The notes below the pieces were generated by a model, which saw only the letters and a list, made by a program, of their open reading frames with translations, ran no database searches and had not been told where the DNA came from. Shown here piece after piece: positions 20,169 through 29,604 of a stretch of DNA of 64,000 bases (positions within the stretch are counted from its first letter, which is position 1; each line of letters opens with the position of its first letter). The position numbers and the translations under genes are program-made. Source of the DNA: Candidatus Latescibacterota bacterium (GTDB lineage: Bacteria > Latescibacterota > UBA2968 > GCA-2709665); assembly GCA_965203805.1 (NCBI GenBank), contig OZ241917.1, positions 4,544,001-4,608,000 on the forward strand, read 5' to 3'.

Positions 20169-21320
20169 AGAGCCTCGTAGTCTGGATACAGTTTTTTCAG
20201 TTTGATGCGAGCATCGTTGGTCGTGAACCGCCAATTGACAGCCTTGCTTTTGTTGTTGCGGTCGTTTGTCCAGGCGGAGACCTGCTCTTTGAGGGATTCG
20301 ATATCGGGGATGCGTTCCTTCAAGCATTGGTTGCTCAAGACGCTCATTTCGATCTCGGCAATGTTGAGCCAGCTTCCGTGTTTGGGCGTGTAGTGGATTT
20401 CGAGACGCCTGGCCAGACGGCGCGCCTCTTCGGGTGGGAACGCCTTGTAGAGTGCCGCCTGCCTGCCGGCAGGCAGGCGGGCGTGTGCGTGTTGAGGTTA
20501 TCACACACCAACACGACGGTTTCAGCTTTTGGGTAGTCCGTATTCAGGAGATCCTTGATCTCCTGGGCCCAGTCCAGTGCGGTCTTGCGTTGTCTTACAC
20601 ACACCTTGCGCCAGCCCGAAAGCGGTTCGGTGAACATGAAGTTCACGGCGGTTCCGTTCCGTTCATACTCGTAGTCGTAGCGTTCAGGTTGGCCCCGACG
20701 TGTTGTGAGGGGAACACGCGTCTCCTTGACCAACTGCACCGGGTGTTCGTCCATATTGACCACGGGCCTCAAGGCGTCGTAGGGCCGCTGATAGACGTCC
20801 AGGATATCCTCCATCGCGGCGACAAACGCGGCGTTCTGCTTGGGCGGAATCACCCAGCACCTTCTCAGGTGAGGCTTAAGTTTGTTTTTTTTAGCGTCCG
20901 TTGCACCGTTCGATAGGAGATGCTATCGACGATCTCTAAAGCCACGAGTTCATCGGCTAAAAGCTTCAGCGTCCACCGCTTACGTCCCTTTGGAGGTTCA
21001 CTGCAAGCCAACGCGATCAATCGGGCTTCCTTCGCACCATCGAGCTTTCTTGGTGTGGGAGGATGCGCGCGCTTCTTTCGCTCGAGGGCCGAATCCAGGC
21101 CCTCCAGCACATAACGCTTCCGGATGTTCTCGACCGTTGACCGATTGAACGAAAAGGCCTCCGTGATCTGTCGATCCAACCAGGACGGACCCTCTGCATC
21201 GGCCTTGAGAAGCACGTGGGCGTGCCTGATTCGGAAGGCTTGTGTCTTGCCTTTGCTTACCAGATCCTGCAGTTGCTCGCGTTCTTCGGGACTCAGACGG
21301 ACAATGTATTTCTTCGGCAT
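20165..21320 (-). pseudogene. IS630 transposase (orfA HTH + orfB DDE) frameshifted by a 20-bp insert
   Basis: RWTLKLLA, A-run slippery site near 20885-20892, NMDE, CDNLNTH, TPKHGSWLNIAEIE; frame broken at 20458-20477. Confidence 0.9.
20458..20477. repeat. 20-bp perfect palindrome CCTGCCTGCCGGCAGGCAGG
   Basis: Removing it restores DNLNTHTPAALYKAFPPEEARRL. Confidence 0.92.
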
Positions 21321-21474
21321 GCCGATGGCTCCTTTGTCTTCAGGGGAGACATCGAACTATAAGCACGTGCAGTCTTAGAAGTCAATAGGTACTAGACGGA
21401 ATCGAGCAATTATGGCAAGATTGCCTTTTCGAGAGTGAGTGTCGTCCATCAACCTTCGATGAGGGAAAGGGATA

Positions 21475-24400
21475 ATGGCCGTTACCAACCGTGAACGCGT
21501 CGAAAAGGCGCTCGATCTATTGAAGGCGGGATTGGGTCCATTCGTCGATCGCGAAGTCAAAAGTGCATTCAAAGCAAAGCGATTGGACCAATACGGCTTC
21601 CACCATTATCAGGATGACGCAAAACTCAAAGGCAAGCCCGTTACCGAGTGGGATGCGGCCGCTTTGTTGAAGTTGATGTGGTCCACGTGGAACGACGTGT
21701 TCAAGTATACGCTCGGGCATATCGAACGTAGTCTCGTCTCCGAACTTCGCGACTGGCGCAATAAATGGGCGCACCAGGAACACTTTTCGAGCGACGATAC
21801 GGACCGGACCCTCGACTCCGCGGAGCGGCTGCTTACAGCGGTTTCGGCATCCCAGGCGGACCAGGTCAATCGAATGAAGGTGGAACTTCGCCGTCTGGTA
21901 TTTGACGAACAGGTCCGGGGGGAACAACGCAAGGCGGGGGCGCTTGTCGAGTCCCCGGGCGCACGCGCGTTGAAACCCTGGCGCGAGGTGGCAATGCCGC
22001 ACAAGGACGTCGCTACGGGCGGGTACCAGCAGGCGGAGTTCGCAGCGGATTTATGGCAGGTTCATCTTGGAGAGGGTTCGGACGAGTATCGCGACCCACA
22101 GGAGTTCTTCCGCCGCACGTATCTCACAGAAAGCCTGAGACGTCTGCTGGAAGGAGCGGCGAGACGTCTGGCAGGTACGGGAGGCGACCCGGTGGTGCAG
22201 TTGCAGACCAACTTCGGCGGCGGCAAAACGCACTCGATGTTGGCGCTTTACCATCTTTTTTCCGGAATAGCGTCCGGAGAGCTCGAGGGCATGGACGAGG
22301 TGCTGGCGGGCGCTGCGGTCGAAACGCCCCCGTCCGTACGGCGCGTGGTGCTGGTTGGAAACCGAATCTCACCGGGGAATCCAGTGGAAAAATCGGACGG
22401 CACGGTGGTGCGTACGTTGTGGGGCGAACTTGCGTACCAGCTTGGCGGTCGCGATGCGTTCGAGCGCCTCCGCGCGGATGACGAGAAGGCCACAAATCCT
22501 GGCGATACGCTGCGGGAATTGTTCAACGACTACGGACCTTGCGTGGTGCTCATCGATGAGTGGGTGTCATACGCGCGGCAACTGCACGATGAAGGCGACC
22601 TGCCCGGCGGCAGTTTCGAGACGCAGTTCACGTTCGCGCAGGCCCTCACCGAGTCGGTAAAACTCACGGGCAACTGCCTGCTGGTGATTTCGCTGCCGGC
22701 TTCGGACACGTCGGATTCGGGTTCGCCGCATACGGAGGCTGACGATGCGGAGGTGGGCGGTATTCGGGGCCGAAGCGCCCTCGAACGCTTGCGAAATGTA
22801 CTCGGGCGTGTGGATTCGCCCTGGCGTCCGGCGAGCGCCGAGGAAAGCTTTGAAATCGTACGGCGCAGGCTGTTCGAGCCGCTCGCGGGGACGGACGCCT
22901 TTAAGCAGCGCGATGTGACCGCGCGCGCTTTCGCGGATCTTTATCGCGTACAGCACGGGAATTTTCCGGCTGAGTGCCGCGCCATGGATTATCAGAAGCG
23001 CATGATGGCCGCGTACCCTATCCATCCCGAGATATTCGACAGGCTTTACACGGACTGGTCCGCGCTCGCCAGGTTCCAACGGACTCGCGGCGTTTTGCGA
23101 CTGATGGCCACGGTCATCCACAGTCTTTGGGAGAGTGGCGACCGAAATCCACTCATTCTGCCGTCCACCATACCCATTGACGATCAGCGGGTGCAGAATG
23201 AACTGACGCGGTATCTGCCCGAGAATTGGACGCCCGTTATCGAAAAAGACGTTGACGGTCCGGGCGCATTGCCGCTCAGGATCGACGCCGAAGTACCGCA
23301 TCTCGGGAAGCTTTCTGCTGCAAGGCGCGTGGCACGTACGGTCTATATCGGATCGGCGCCGACCCGTGCGGCGGCTCAGCGGGGTATCGACGACGCGCGG
23401 GTCAAACTGGGTTGCGCCATGCCGGGGGAGACGCCAGCGGTTTTTACGGACGCGCTTCGCCGGCTTGCGACGGCGGCAACCTATCTGTACCAGGACGGAC
23501 CGCGCGTGTGGTACGACACGCAACCGACGGTTACCAAGCTGGCCGAAGACCGCGCCGAGCAGTTGAGGACCCATCCCGACGAGGTGGCGGGCGAACTGGA
23601 AAAGCGACTCGAATCGGACTTGCGCACGGCCGGAGATTTCGAGCGTATCCACTCACTCCCCCGTTCGGGGGCGGACGTGCCCGACGATCTGGACGCGCGG
23701 CTGGTCGTGCTATCAGCGGAGCAACCGTATTCGAGAGAGCCGGACAACGTAGCGGAAGCCGCCGCAAAAGAGATCCTGGAGATGCGCGGCAACACGCCGC
23801 GGCTTTACCGGAATACGCTGGTTTTCCTCGCGGTGGACAAAGTGCGGTGGCAGGATATGGATGAAGCGCTTCGCAAGTATCTGGCGTGGAAGTCGATTGT
23901 CGAAGACAGGGTCGAACTCAATCTGGATCCGCATCAAGGCCGCCAGGCCGAGACTCAAAGGAATGCAGCTGACGACACCGTGACCGCTAGACTGCCAGAG
24001 GCGTATCAATGGCTGCTTGTGCCCGAGCAGTCCGACCCGCAGGCGGCGATGTCATGGAATGCGATCCGTCTGACGGCGTCTGGAGGGCTCGCCGAACGGG
24101 CTTCGAAGCGTCTGCGCAGCGACGAGATGCTGGTAATGGGGCTCGGTGCGAGTGTGCTGCGCAAGCATCTGGACGATGTGCCACTCTGGCGTGGCGATCA
24201 TGTCGAGGTACGGCAACTCGTTCGGGATTTTGGTCAGTTTCTCTACCTGCCGCGCCTGGCTGGGCCGGATGTGCTAATGCGCGCTATAGAGAACGGCGTG
24301 AATACCACTGACTGGAAAATGTACGGCTGCGCTGTTGCGGAGAGTTACGACGATAGCGAGAGCCGCTATATTGGGCTCCGGCACGCCGAAACGCTCAGTG

Positions 24401-24798
24401 TCTTACCGGAGAGCAGGCAACTGGTCGTGAAGCCAATAGTTGCTGAACAACAAATAGACGCGGAGAGAATAATAGAAGAAGGACCGGTGACGCCGGGCGG
24501 AGGTGGGGAAGAAAACGGAGGCGAAGATGATCCACATGTTCCGGATCAGCCACCCGAGCAGAAAGCCCGGCGGTACCATGGCTCCGTGACACTGAATCAC
24601 CAGCGCGTGGGTCGTGACGCGAGCCAGATCGCAGACGAGGTGATCGCACATCTGTCGGGGATCGTGGGTGCGGACGTGACGGTTACGCTGGAGATCCACG
24701 CGGAAATACCCGATGGAGCCCCTGAAAACGTGGTGCGGACCGTTACCGAGAACAGCCAGACCCTCAAATTCGAGAGCCACGGGTTTGAGGAGTCGTAA
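21475..24798 (+). CDS. Swt1-like HEPN + DUF499 AAA+ ATPase
   Basis: N-terminal RNKWAH (Rx4H HEPN), KPWREV..PH.DV, QAEFAADL, TNFGGGKTH, LIDEW, YPIHP, FQRTRGVLR. Confidence 0.92.
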   Translation: MAVTNRERVEKALDLLKAGLGPFVDREVKSAFKAKRLDQYGFHHYQDDAKLKGKPVTEWDAAALLKLMWSTWNDVFKYTLGHIERSLVSELRDWRNKWAHQEHFSSDDTDRTLDSAERLLTAVSASQADQVNRMKVELRRLVFDEQVRGEQRKAGALVESPGARALKPWREVAMPHKDVATGGYQQAEFAADLWQVHLGEGSDEYRDPQEFFRRTYLTESLRRLLEGAARRLAGTGGDPVVQLQTNFGGGKTHSMLALYHLFSGIASGELEGMDEVLAGAAVETPPSVRRVVLVGNRISPGNPVEKSDGTVVRTLWGELAYQLGGRDAFERLRADDEKATNPGDTLRELFNDYGPCVVLIDEWVSYARQLHDEGDLPGGSFETQFTFAQALTESVKLTGNCLLVISLPASDTSDSGSPHTEADDAEVGGIRGRSALERLRNVLGRVDSPWRPASAEESFEIVRRRLFEPLAGTDAFKQRDVTARAFADLYRVQHGNFPAECRAMDYQKRMMAAYPIHPEIFDRLYTDWSALARFQRTRGVLRLMATVIHSLWESGDRNPLILPSTIPIDDQRVQNELTRYLPENWTPVIEKDVDGPGALPLRIDAEVPHLGKLSAARRVARTVYIGSAPTRAAAQRGIDDARVKLGCAMPGETPAVFTDALRRLATAATYLYQDGPRVWYDTQPTVTKLAEDRAEQLRTHPDEVAGELEKRLESDLRTAGDFERIHSLPRSGADVPDDLDARLVVLSAEQPYSREPDNVAEAAAKEILEMRGNTPRLYRNTLVFLAVDKVRWQDMDEALRKYLAWKSIVEDRVELNLDPHQGRQAETQRNAADDTVTARLPEAYQWLLVPEQSDPQAAMSWNAIRLTASGGLAERASKRLRSDEMLVMGLGASVLRKHLDDVPLWRGDHVEVRQLVRDFGQFLYLPRLAGPDVLMRAIENGVNTTDWKMYGCAVAESYDDSESRYIGLRHAETLSVLPESRQLVVKPIVAEQQIDAERIIEEGPVTPGGGGEENGGEDDPHVPDQPPEQKARRYHGSVTLNHQRVGRDASQIADEVIAHLSGIVGADVTVTLEIHAEIPDGAPENVVRTVTENSQTLKFESHGFEES

Positions 24799-24849
24799 AG
24801 AGGCCAGCGGCGATGCGGTCTGGACGCCTATGCCGGCGAAGGCGAGGTT

Positions 24850-25041
24850 ATTCCCGGGAACGAGGGCATCCCTGCCCTCGCCGGCAGATGCGCGGAGCCG
24901 CGGTGCCGTCATTTCCGAAATGGAATTGGATGCAAAAGAAGCAGCAGGCCCTTGATATAGATATTGGTAGGTCCTGCGAAGTTCGAGGGCAGGGATGCCC
25001 TCGGTCCGGATACTGGTGGATCATGTACTGATGTAGGGCAG
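24850..25041. repeat. REPIN-like element copy A
   Basis: CGAGGGCATCCCTGCCCTCG (24861-24880) and inverted copy (24984-25003) around a conserved spacer; homologous to 33921-34112. Confidence 0.85.
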
Positions 25042-25201
25042 AATTCCCGTTTTGCGGGTAATGATCGGTCGATTGTCTTGGCCGGGTAACACGCAGGGCG
25101 TGCAAGGTGGCCGGAGGAAAAAACCGCGCACCTGCGGGAGGTCAATTCGAAGTAGCGATTCACGCCAAACAGGTGTTATTGGCGCAGTAGCAACGAATGC
25201 C

Positions 25202-25232
25202 ATTCCCGGGAGCGAGGGCATCCCTGCCCTCG
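25202..25232. repeat. single REP
   Basis: ATTCCCGGGAGCGAGGGCATCCCTGCCCTCG, one mismatch to 24850-24880. Confidence 0.85.
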
Positions 25233-25269
25233 ACACGTGACTCGAGGCCTGCAAATAGGAGGATAACTG

Positions 25270-25500
25270 ATGCCAGGGCAAGGATCAGCCGGCAATGTAC
25301 TTGCAGCCCTATGTAGCTTATTTGTACCCGGCTTGGGTCAGTTGCTTCAGGGACGATTCCTAATAGCCCTCATCCAGTTTTGCCTGGCGGCCGTACTTTG
25401 GATTTTCCTGTTGGGGTGGGTGATTCACCTGTGGTCAATTCTGGACGCGACTCGGTGGAAGCCGCCGGACAATTCAACTCGTGCGAGCAGCCCGGGTTGA
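25270..25500 (+). CDS. small membrane protein (TM2-like)
   Basis: AGGAGG RBS; AALCSLFVPGLGQL motif and hydrophobic helices. Confidence 0.75.
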   Translation: MPGQGSAGNVLAALCSLFVPGLGQLLQGRFLIALIQFCLAAVLWIFLLGWVIHLWSILDATRWKPPDNSTRASSPG

Positions 25501-25630
25501 CTGCCCAATGCTCGACGGGCGGCCTGTGATCGAGGCGATGGTCACTGTGGTCGCCCAACACGACCGTTCAACTTCGGGGTCGCGGATTCAAGAGGGCAAG
25601 CGACGGTGCGGGCAGGACGCCGGTGGGGTG

Positions 25631-25657
25631 GGGGCTCTACGGGGTGCCCCTTTTTTT
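25631..25657 (+). terminator. possible intrinsic terminator
   Basis: GGGGC...GCCCC stem followed by T7. Confidence 0.4.
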
Positions 25658-25710
25658 AGATGTGGGGGTGAACGCATATCGAATTCACCATTGGCCAAAT
25701 CGTACACCTT

Positions 25711-28700
25711 GTGTCCGACCCCTTGGTTAAAGGCGCGGTTATCAAGGTGTTGACCGGATTTCCAGAACCCCGTGTCGAGGTTTTCGTAAATGGAAAAACG
25801 CAGACTTTCTATGCCTCGCAACTTCAGGCAGAGAAAGAAACGGGAGATGATTTCCAGTTTCTTTCCTGTGATACGTTTCACGCCCATCTCACAGCACTTC
25901 AGATTCGCCATCCCAGCCTGTCAACTCTATATTCGCTGAATGCTGCAAGGGTTGATTTCATCCCCTACCAGTTTCGACCGGTGCTCAAGTTTATCCGCGC
26001 TGACCGTCCCCGGCTACTGATTGCCGATGGTGTCGGCGTAGGAAAGACAATTGAGGCAGGCCTGATTCTGCGGGAATTGCAGGCGAGGCGAGACATCCAA
26101 TCCGTTCTGATTATCTGTCCCCGACCATTGGTAACCGAGCGCAAATGGCAGAATGAGATGAAACGATTTGATGAGCGATTCACACATCTGGATGGTCCGA
26201 CCCTGAGATATTGCATCAATGAGACGCATCTGGAAGGCGTGTGGCCCCAGCAGCATCAGCGGACGATTCTGCCATATTCGCTGTTCGACGAGGCGCTACT
26301 TCACGGCTCGACGGGTAGAGTCAGCCCAAGGCACTTCAAGGGTTTATTGGATTTGGACCCGCCTCCACGATTCGACGTCGTAATCGTCGATGAAGCCCAT
26401 CACATCCGCAATCAGAGTACATACTCTCACCAGGCAGTGCGTTTCTTCTGTGACCACGCAGAGGCCGCGATTTTCTTAACCGCCACCCCAATTCAGCTTG
26501 GCAGCCATGACCTGTTCGTGTTGCTGAATGTGCTTCGGCCCGATCTCATCCGTGACTTCGAGAGCTTTCAACATATGGCGGAGCCGAACCCGTTTATCAA
26601 TCAAGCCGTCAATTACATTAGGGAACATGAGCCGGATTGGACGCGGCGCACTTCCGGAGCCCTTGAGCAGGCAGGTTCCACACAGTGGGGACAGGCAATC
26701 CTCAGCAGTAATCCTGAATTCAACAGGATTAAAGAACGACTTGCTGATGGACTATTTCCACCGGATGAGAGAGTGCAACTCATCTCGGACATTGAGGGAT
26801 TGCATACGTTTTCTGGTATAATCAACAGAACACGCCGTCGTGATATCGGCGCGTTCACAATAAGGAAACCCGATACCGTAGTTGTTGAATTTACTGCCGA
26901 GCAAAAACAGCTTCACGACGAGTTGCTCCAGGTTCAGGCGGAGAAACTCCGTATGCTGCACGGGGATATTAACGTCAAGTTTCTGATGTCGATGATAAGA
27001 CGTCAAGCCGCAAGTTGCCTCCATGGATTGGCGCCGTTTCTTGAAGATATCCTCAGCCGTCATTTAGACGAATTGGAATGGATCGAAGCCGACAATTCGG
27101 CGCAGATCCCATCAGAATTTGCAGTGGACTCGATAGAATCGCAGATCCAGGAGATACTTAAGAATGCACGATCTCTAGATCCTTATGATCCAAAGCTGGA
27201 AGCCCTTCGAAAGATCATCCTGGACAAGCAGAAGCTACCAAACAACAAGGTGATGCTGTTCAGCAGCTTTCGCCATACCCTCCGCTATCTTTATGCACAT
27301 CTGAGTGGAGACGACTTTCGCGTCGGTTTGATTCACGGTGGGACCCCCGATGAAGAACGAGTCGAACTACGCAGACGATTCGAAGGACCGCGCGGTGAAA
27401 GGGGCAGTCTCGATGTTCTACTGTTCTCGGAAATTGGCTGCGAAGGGCTGGATTACCAGTTTTGCGATTGCATCGTGAACTACGACCTTCCATGGAATCC
27501 TATGCGAGTCGAACAGCGGATTGGTCGTATAGACAGAGTCGGTCAGAAGAGTGAGACCGTCGCTATTGTAAACCTGATTACACCCGGAACCGTGGACGCG
27601 GACATCTATGAGCGCTGCCTTGTACGCATCGGCGTGTTCAATAGTGCCCTCGGCGCCAGTGAGGAAATACTAGGAGACATTACCAGAGAGATCCGGAATA
27701 TCGCGGAGAACTTCACACTTAGTGATTCAGACCGACATGCGCAGTTTCAACAATTGGCGGATAACAAGATCCGCACGATTCAGGAACAAGAAAAACTGGA
27801 AGAGAAGCAATTGGAACTCTTCGGAATTCGACTCCCCGAAGACCGAATGAAGCGGGAGATTGAAGACGCTTCCAGCTTCTGGCTGACTCCAACGTCTATT
27901 CAAAGGCTCGTAACGGTCTATTTGCAGAACGCTTGCGGTACGGATCACGAGTTCATTCTCGGTGAGAATCCCCTGAAAACGCTCCGTCTCTCTCAGGATG
28001 CGCGCAGCGCGATCCTGCGCGATTTTAGCCGAATCTCCAGAAAACGAGACTCTGTTTATCGGGAATGGGAGACATGGTTAAAGGGCGGAGATCCTCATTT
28101 GTCCATCACATTCGAATCGAATTGTGCAATCCAGAATCCCAATGCTGCATTCATAATGCCACTTCACCCTCTGGTGAAGCAGGCGGCTTTCTCGTTGGGC
28201 GGAAACGACCGGGTCTTTGTGAGCCTTGAGGTAAGAGATGACAAAGCGCCCGTTGGTAACAATAGTTTCGCCATCTACGAGTGGAGATTCCACGGCATAA
28301 GAGAAGACCTGAAGCTCAAAGCGGTCGCCTCATCAGAGGGTGTGACGACTCATTTGGATCGCTTGCTCGAAAAGGCGGTGGACGGCTCATCCACGAAGGC
28401 GCTAGCTAATGGCTCGCAAGACTGGGATGCACTCGATGCGCAGCACTATTCATTCTGGAATGACGCCCGGGCGAAGCACCGCGTACAGACGCAAGAACTC
28501 GTGGCATATAGGAGAGAAAGCCTGGCAGTAAGTCATAGAGCTCGACTAACGCTTCTTGAAGAACAGCTTGAAAAGGCGGAGGATGAAAGATTGCGACGCA
28601 TGCGGCGGTCGCAGATCGCTGCCGCGAATGCAGACTTCGCTCGGCACGAGGAAGAACTGAAGAATGCGTCTAAGCGGGTGGATATTACCGCGGAACCGGT

Positions 28701-28734
28701 GGCGTATGGGGTTTTGAACATATCGGGAGGTTAA
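25711..28734 (+). CDS. SNF2-family helicase/ATPase
   Basis: PYQ, LLIADGVGVGKT, VDEAHH, LTATP, EGLDYQ, YDLPWNPMRVEQRIGRIDRVGQ; start uncertain. Confidence 0.93.
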   Translation: MSDPLVKGAVIKVLTGFPEPRVEVFVNGKTQTFYASQLQAEKETGDDFQFLSCDTFHAHLTALQIRHPSLSTLYSLNAARVDFIPYQFRPVLKFIRADRPRLLIADGVGVGKTIEAGLILRELQARRDIQSVLIICPRPLVTERKWQNEMKRFDERFTHLDGPTLRYCINETHLEGVWPQQHQRTILPYSLFDEALLHGSTGRVSPRHFKGLLDLDPPPRFDVVIVDEAHHIRNQSTYSHQAVRFFCDHAEAAIFLTATPIQLGSHDLFVLLNVLRPDLIRDFESFQHMAEPNPFINQAVNYIREHEPDWTRRTSGALEQAGSTQWGQAILSSNPEFNRIKERLADGLFPPDERVQLISDIEGLHTFSGIINRTRRRDIGAFTIRKPDTVVVEFTAEQKQLHDELLQVQAEKLRMLHGDINVKFLMSMIRRQAASCLHGLAPFLEDILSRHLDELEWIEADNSAQIPSEFAVDSIESQIQEILKNARSLDPYDPKLEALRKIILDKQKLPNNKVMLFSSFRHTLRYLYAHLSGDDFRVGLIHGGTPDEERVELRRRFEGPRGERGSLDVLLFSEIGCEGLDYQFCDCIVNYDLPWNPMRVEQRIGRIDRVGQKSETVAIVNLITPGTVDADIYERCLVRIGVFNSALGASEEILGDITREIRNIAENFTLSDSDRHAQFQQLADNKIRTIQEQEKLEEKQLELFGIRLPEDRMKREIEDASSFWLTPTSIQRLVTVYLQNACGTDHEFILGENPLKTLRLSQDARSAILRDFSRISRKRDSVYREWETWLKGGDPHLSITFESNCAIQNPNAAFIMPLHPLVKQAAFSLGGNDRVFVSLEVRDDKAPVGNNSFAIYEWRFHGIREDLKLKAVASSEGVTTHLDRLLEKAVDGSSTKALANGSQDWDALDAQHYSFWNDARAKHRVQTQELVAYRRESLAVSHRARLTLLEEQLEKAEDERLRRMRRSQIAAANADFARHEEELKNASKRVDITAEPVAYGVLNISGG

Positions 28735-28737
28735 AGG

Positions 28738-29250
28738 TTGGGGAAGCTTATTGCGGAGAGGGAGTCGGTTGATCGCCCTGTCGTGTACCTGGAGACGACA
28801 GTCGTCAGTTACGTCACTGCCGAACCGAGCCGCGACGTTGTCATAGCGGGACATCAGCAATCGAGCCGGGAATGGTGGGCGTATGGAAGACAGAATTGTA
28901 GAGTTGTCGCATCCCAACTCGTACTCCAGGAAGCCGGTAAGGGCGATACACTGGCAATTCAGCGGAGAATGGACGTCTTGAAGGGCGTGGAATTGCTTGA
29001 GATCACTCAGGACGCGACGAACTTAGCGCGCGATCTGGTAGAGCATGGCGTCGTTCCTGGGACTTCCGTGGAGGATGCTTTACATGTTGCCGTCGCTGTG
29101 GTCAACGGTTGTAATTATCTGGTGACGTGGAACTATCGCCACCTGGCCGGTGCAGCAGTGAGGGCGCGAATAGAGGCGTTCTGTCGACATGAAGGACACG
29201 AACCGGCGATCATTTGTACGCCTGAGGAACTATTGGAGGATGAAATATGA
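28738..29250 (+). CDS. PIN-domain (VapC-like) toxin
   Basis: VYLETTVVSY, EDALHVAVA, LVTWNYRH, ICTPEEL. Confidence 0.85.
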   Translation: MGKLIAERESVDRPVVYLETTVVSYVTAEPSRDVVIAGHQQSSREWWAYGRQNCRVVASQLVLQEAGKGDTLAIQRRMDVLKGVELLEITQDATNLARDLVEHGVVPGTSVEDALHVAVAVVNGCNYLVTWNYRHLAGAAVRARIEAFCRHEGHEPAIICTPEELLEDEI

Positions 29251-29444
29251 AAGGCGATCCCATTGTCGCAGAAGTGCGGCAAATCAGACATGAGCATGCG
29301 GCACGGTTCAAGTACAATCTGGATTTGATTGTGGAAGATCTGAAAGCGCAGGAACAGGCAAGCGGCCGACTTTACGTCAGATTGCCACCGCGTCCTCTTG
29401 TCGGTAAGCAGCCAATGCCACCAGGCGCCGCCAGTGCAACTTGA
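29247..29444 (+). CDS. small partner (putative antitoxin) of the PIN gene
   Basis: ATGA overlap; DPIVAEVRQIRHEHA motif. Confidence 0.7.
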   Translation: MKGDPIVAEVRQIRHEHAARFKYNLDLIVEDLKAQEQASGRLYVRLPPRPLVGKQPMPPGAASAT

Positions 29445-29603
29445 GGAACAGCTCGAATAAGCGCGCGATGGAAAGCTGCAACAAATGCGGCTGCGAAGGT
29501 CGACTACGCTCGGCGAAACCAGGAACTCGAGGCTGCGATGGATCGAGTTGACATTACCGCGGAACCGGTAAGGTATGGGGTCGTGGAAATCAAGGAGATG
29601 TGA
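29440..29603 (+). pseudogene. second, decayed SNF2 3' end
   Basis: LEEQLE*...RVDITAEPVRYGVVEI matches SNF2 LEEQLEK...RVDITAEPVAYGVLNI (28555-28734). Confidence 0.85.
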
Positions 29604-29604
29604 A

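Larger units (their letters stand above)
20151..21392 (-). mobile_element. IS630-family element 2
   Basis: IRs GTACCCAATGAC / GTACCTATTGAC; TA duplication at 20149-20150 and 21393-21394 in a CTAG target. Confidence 0.93.
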
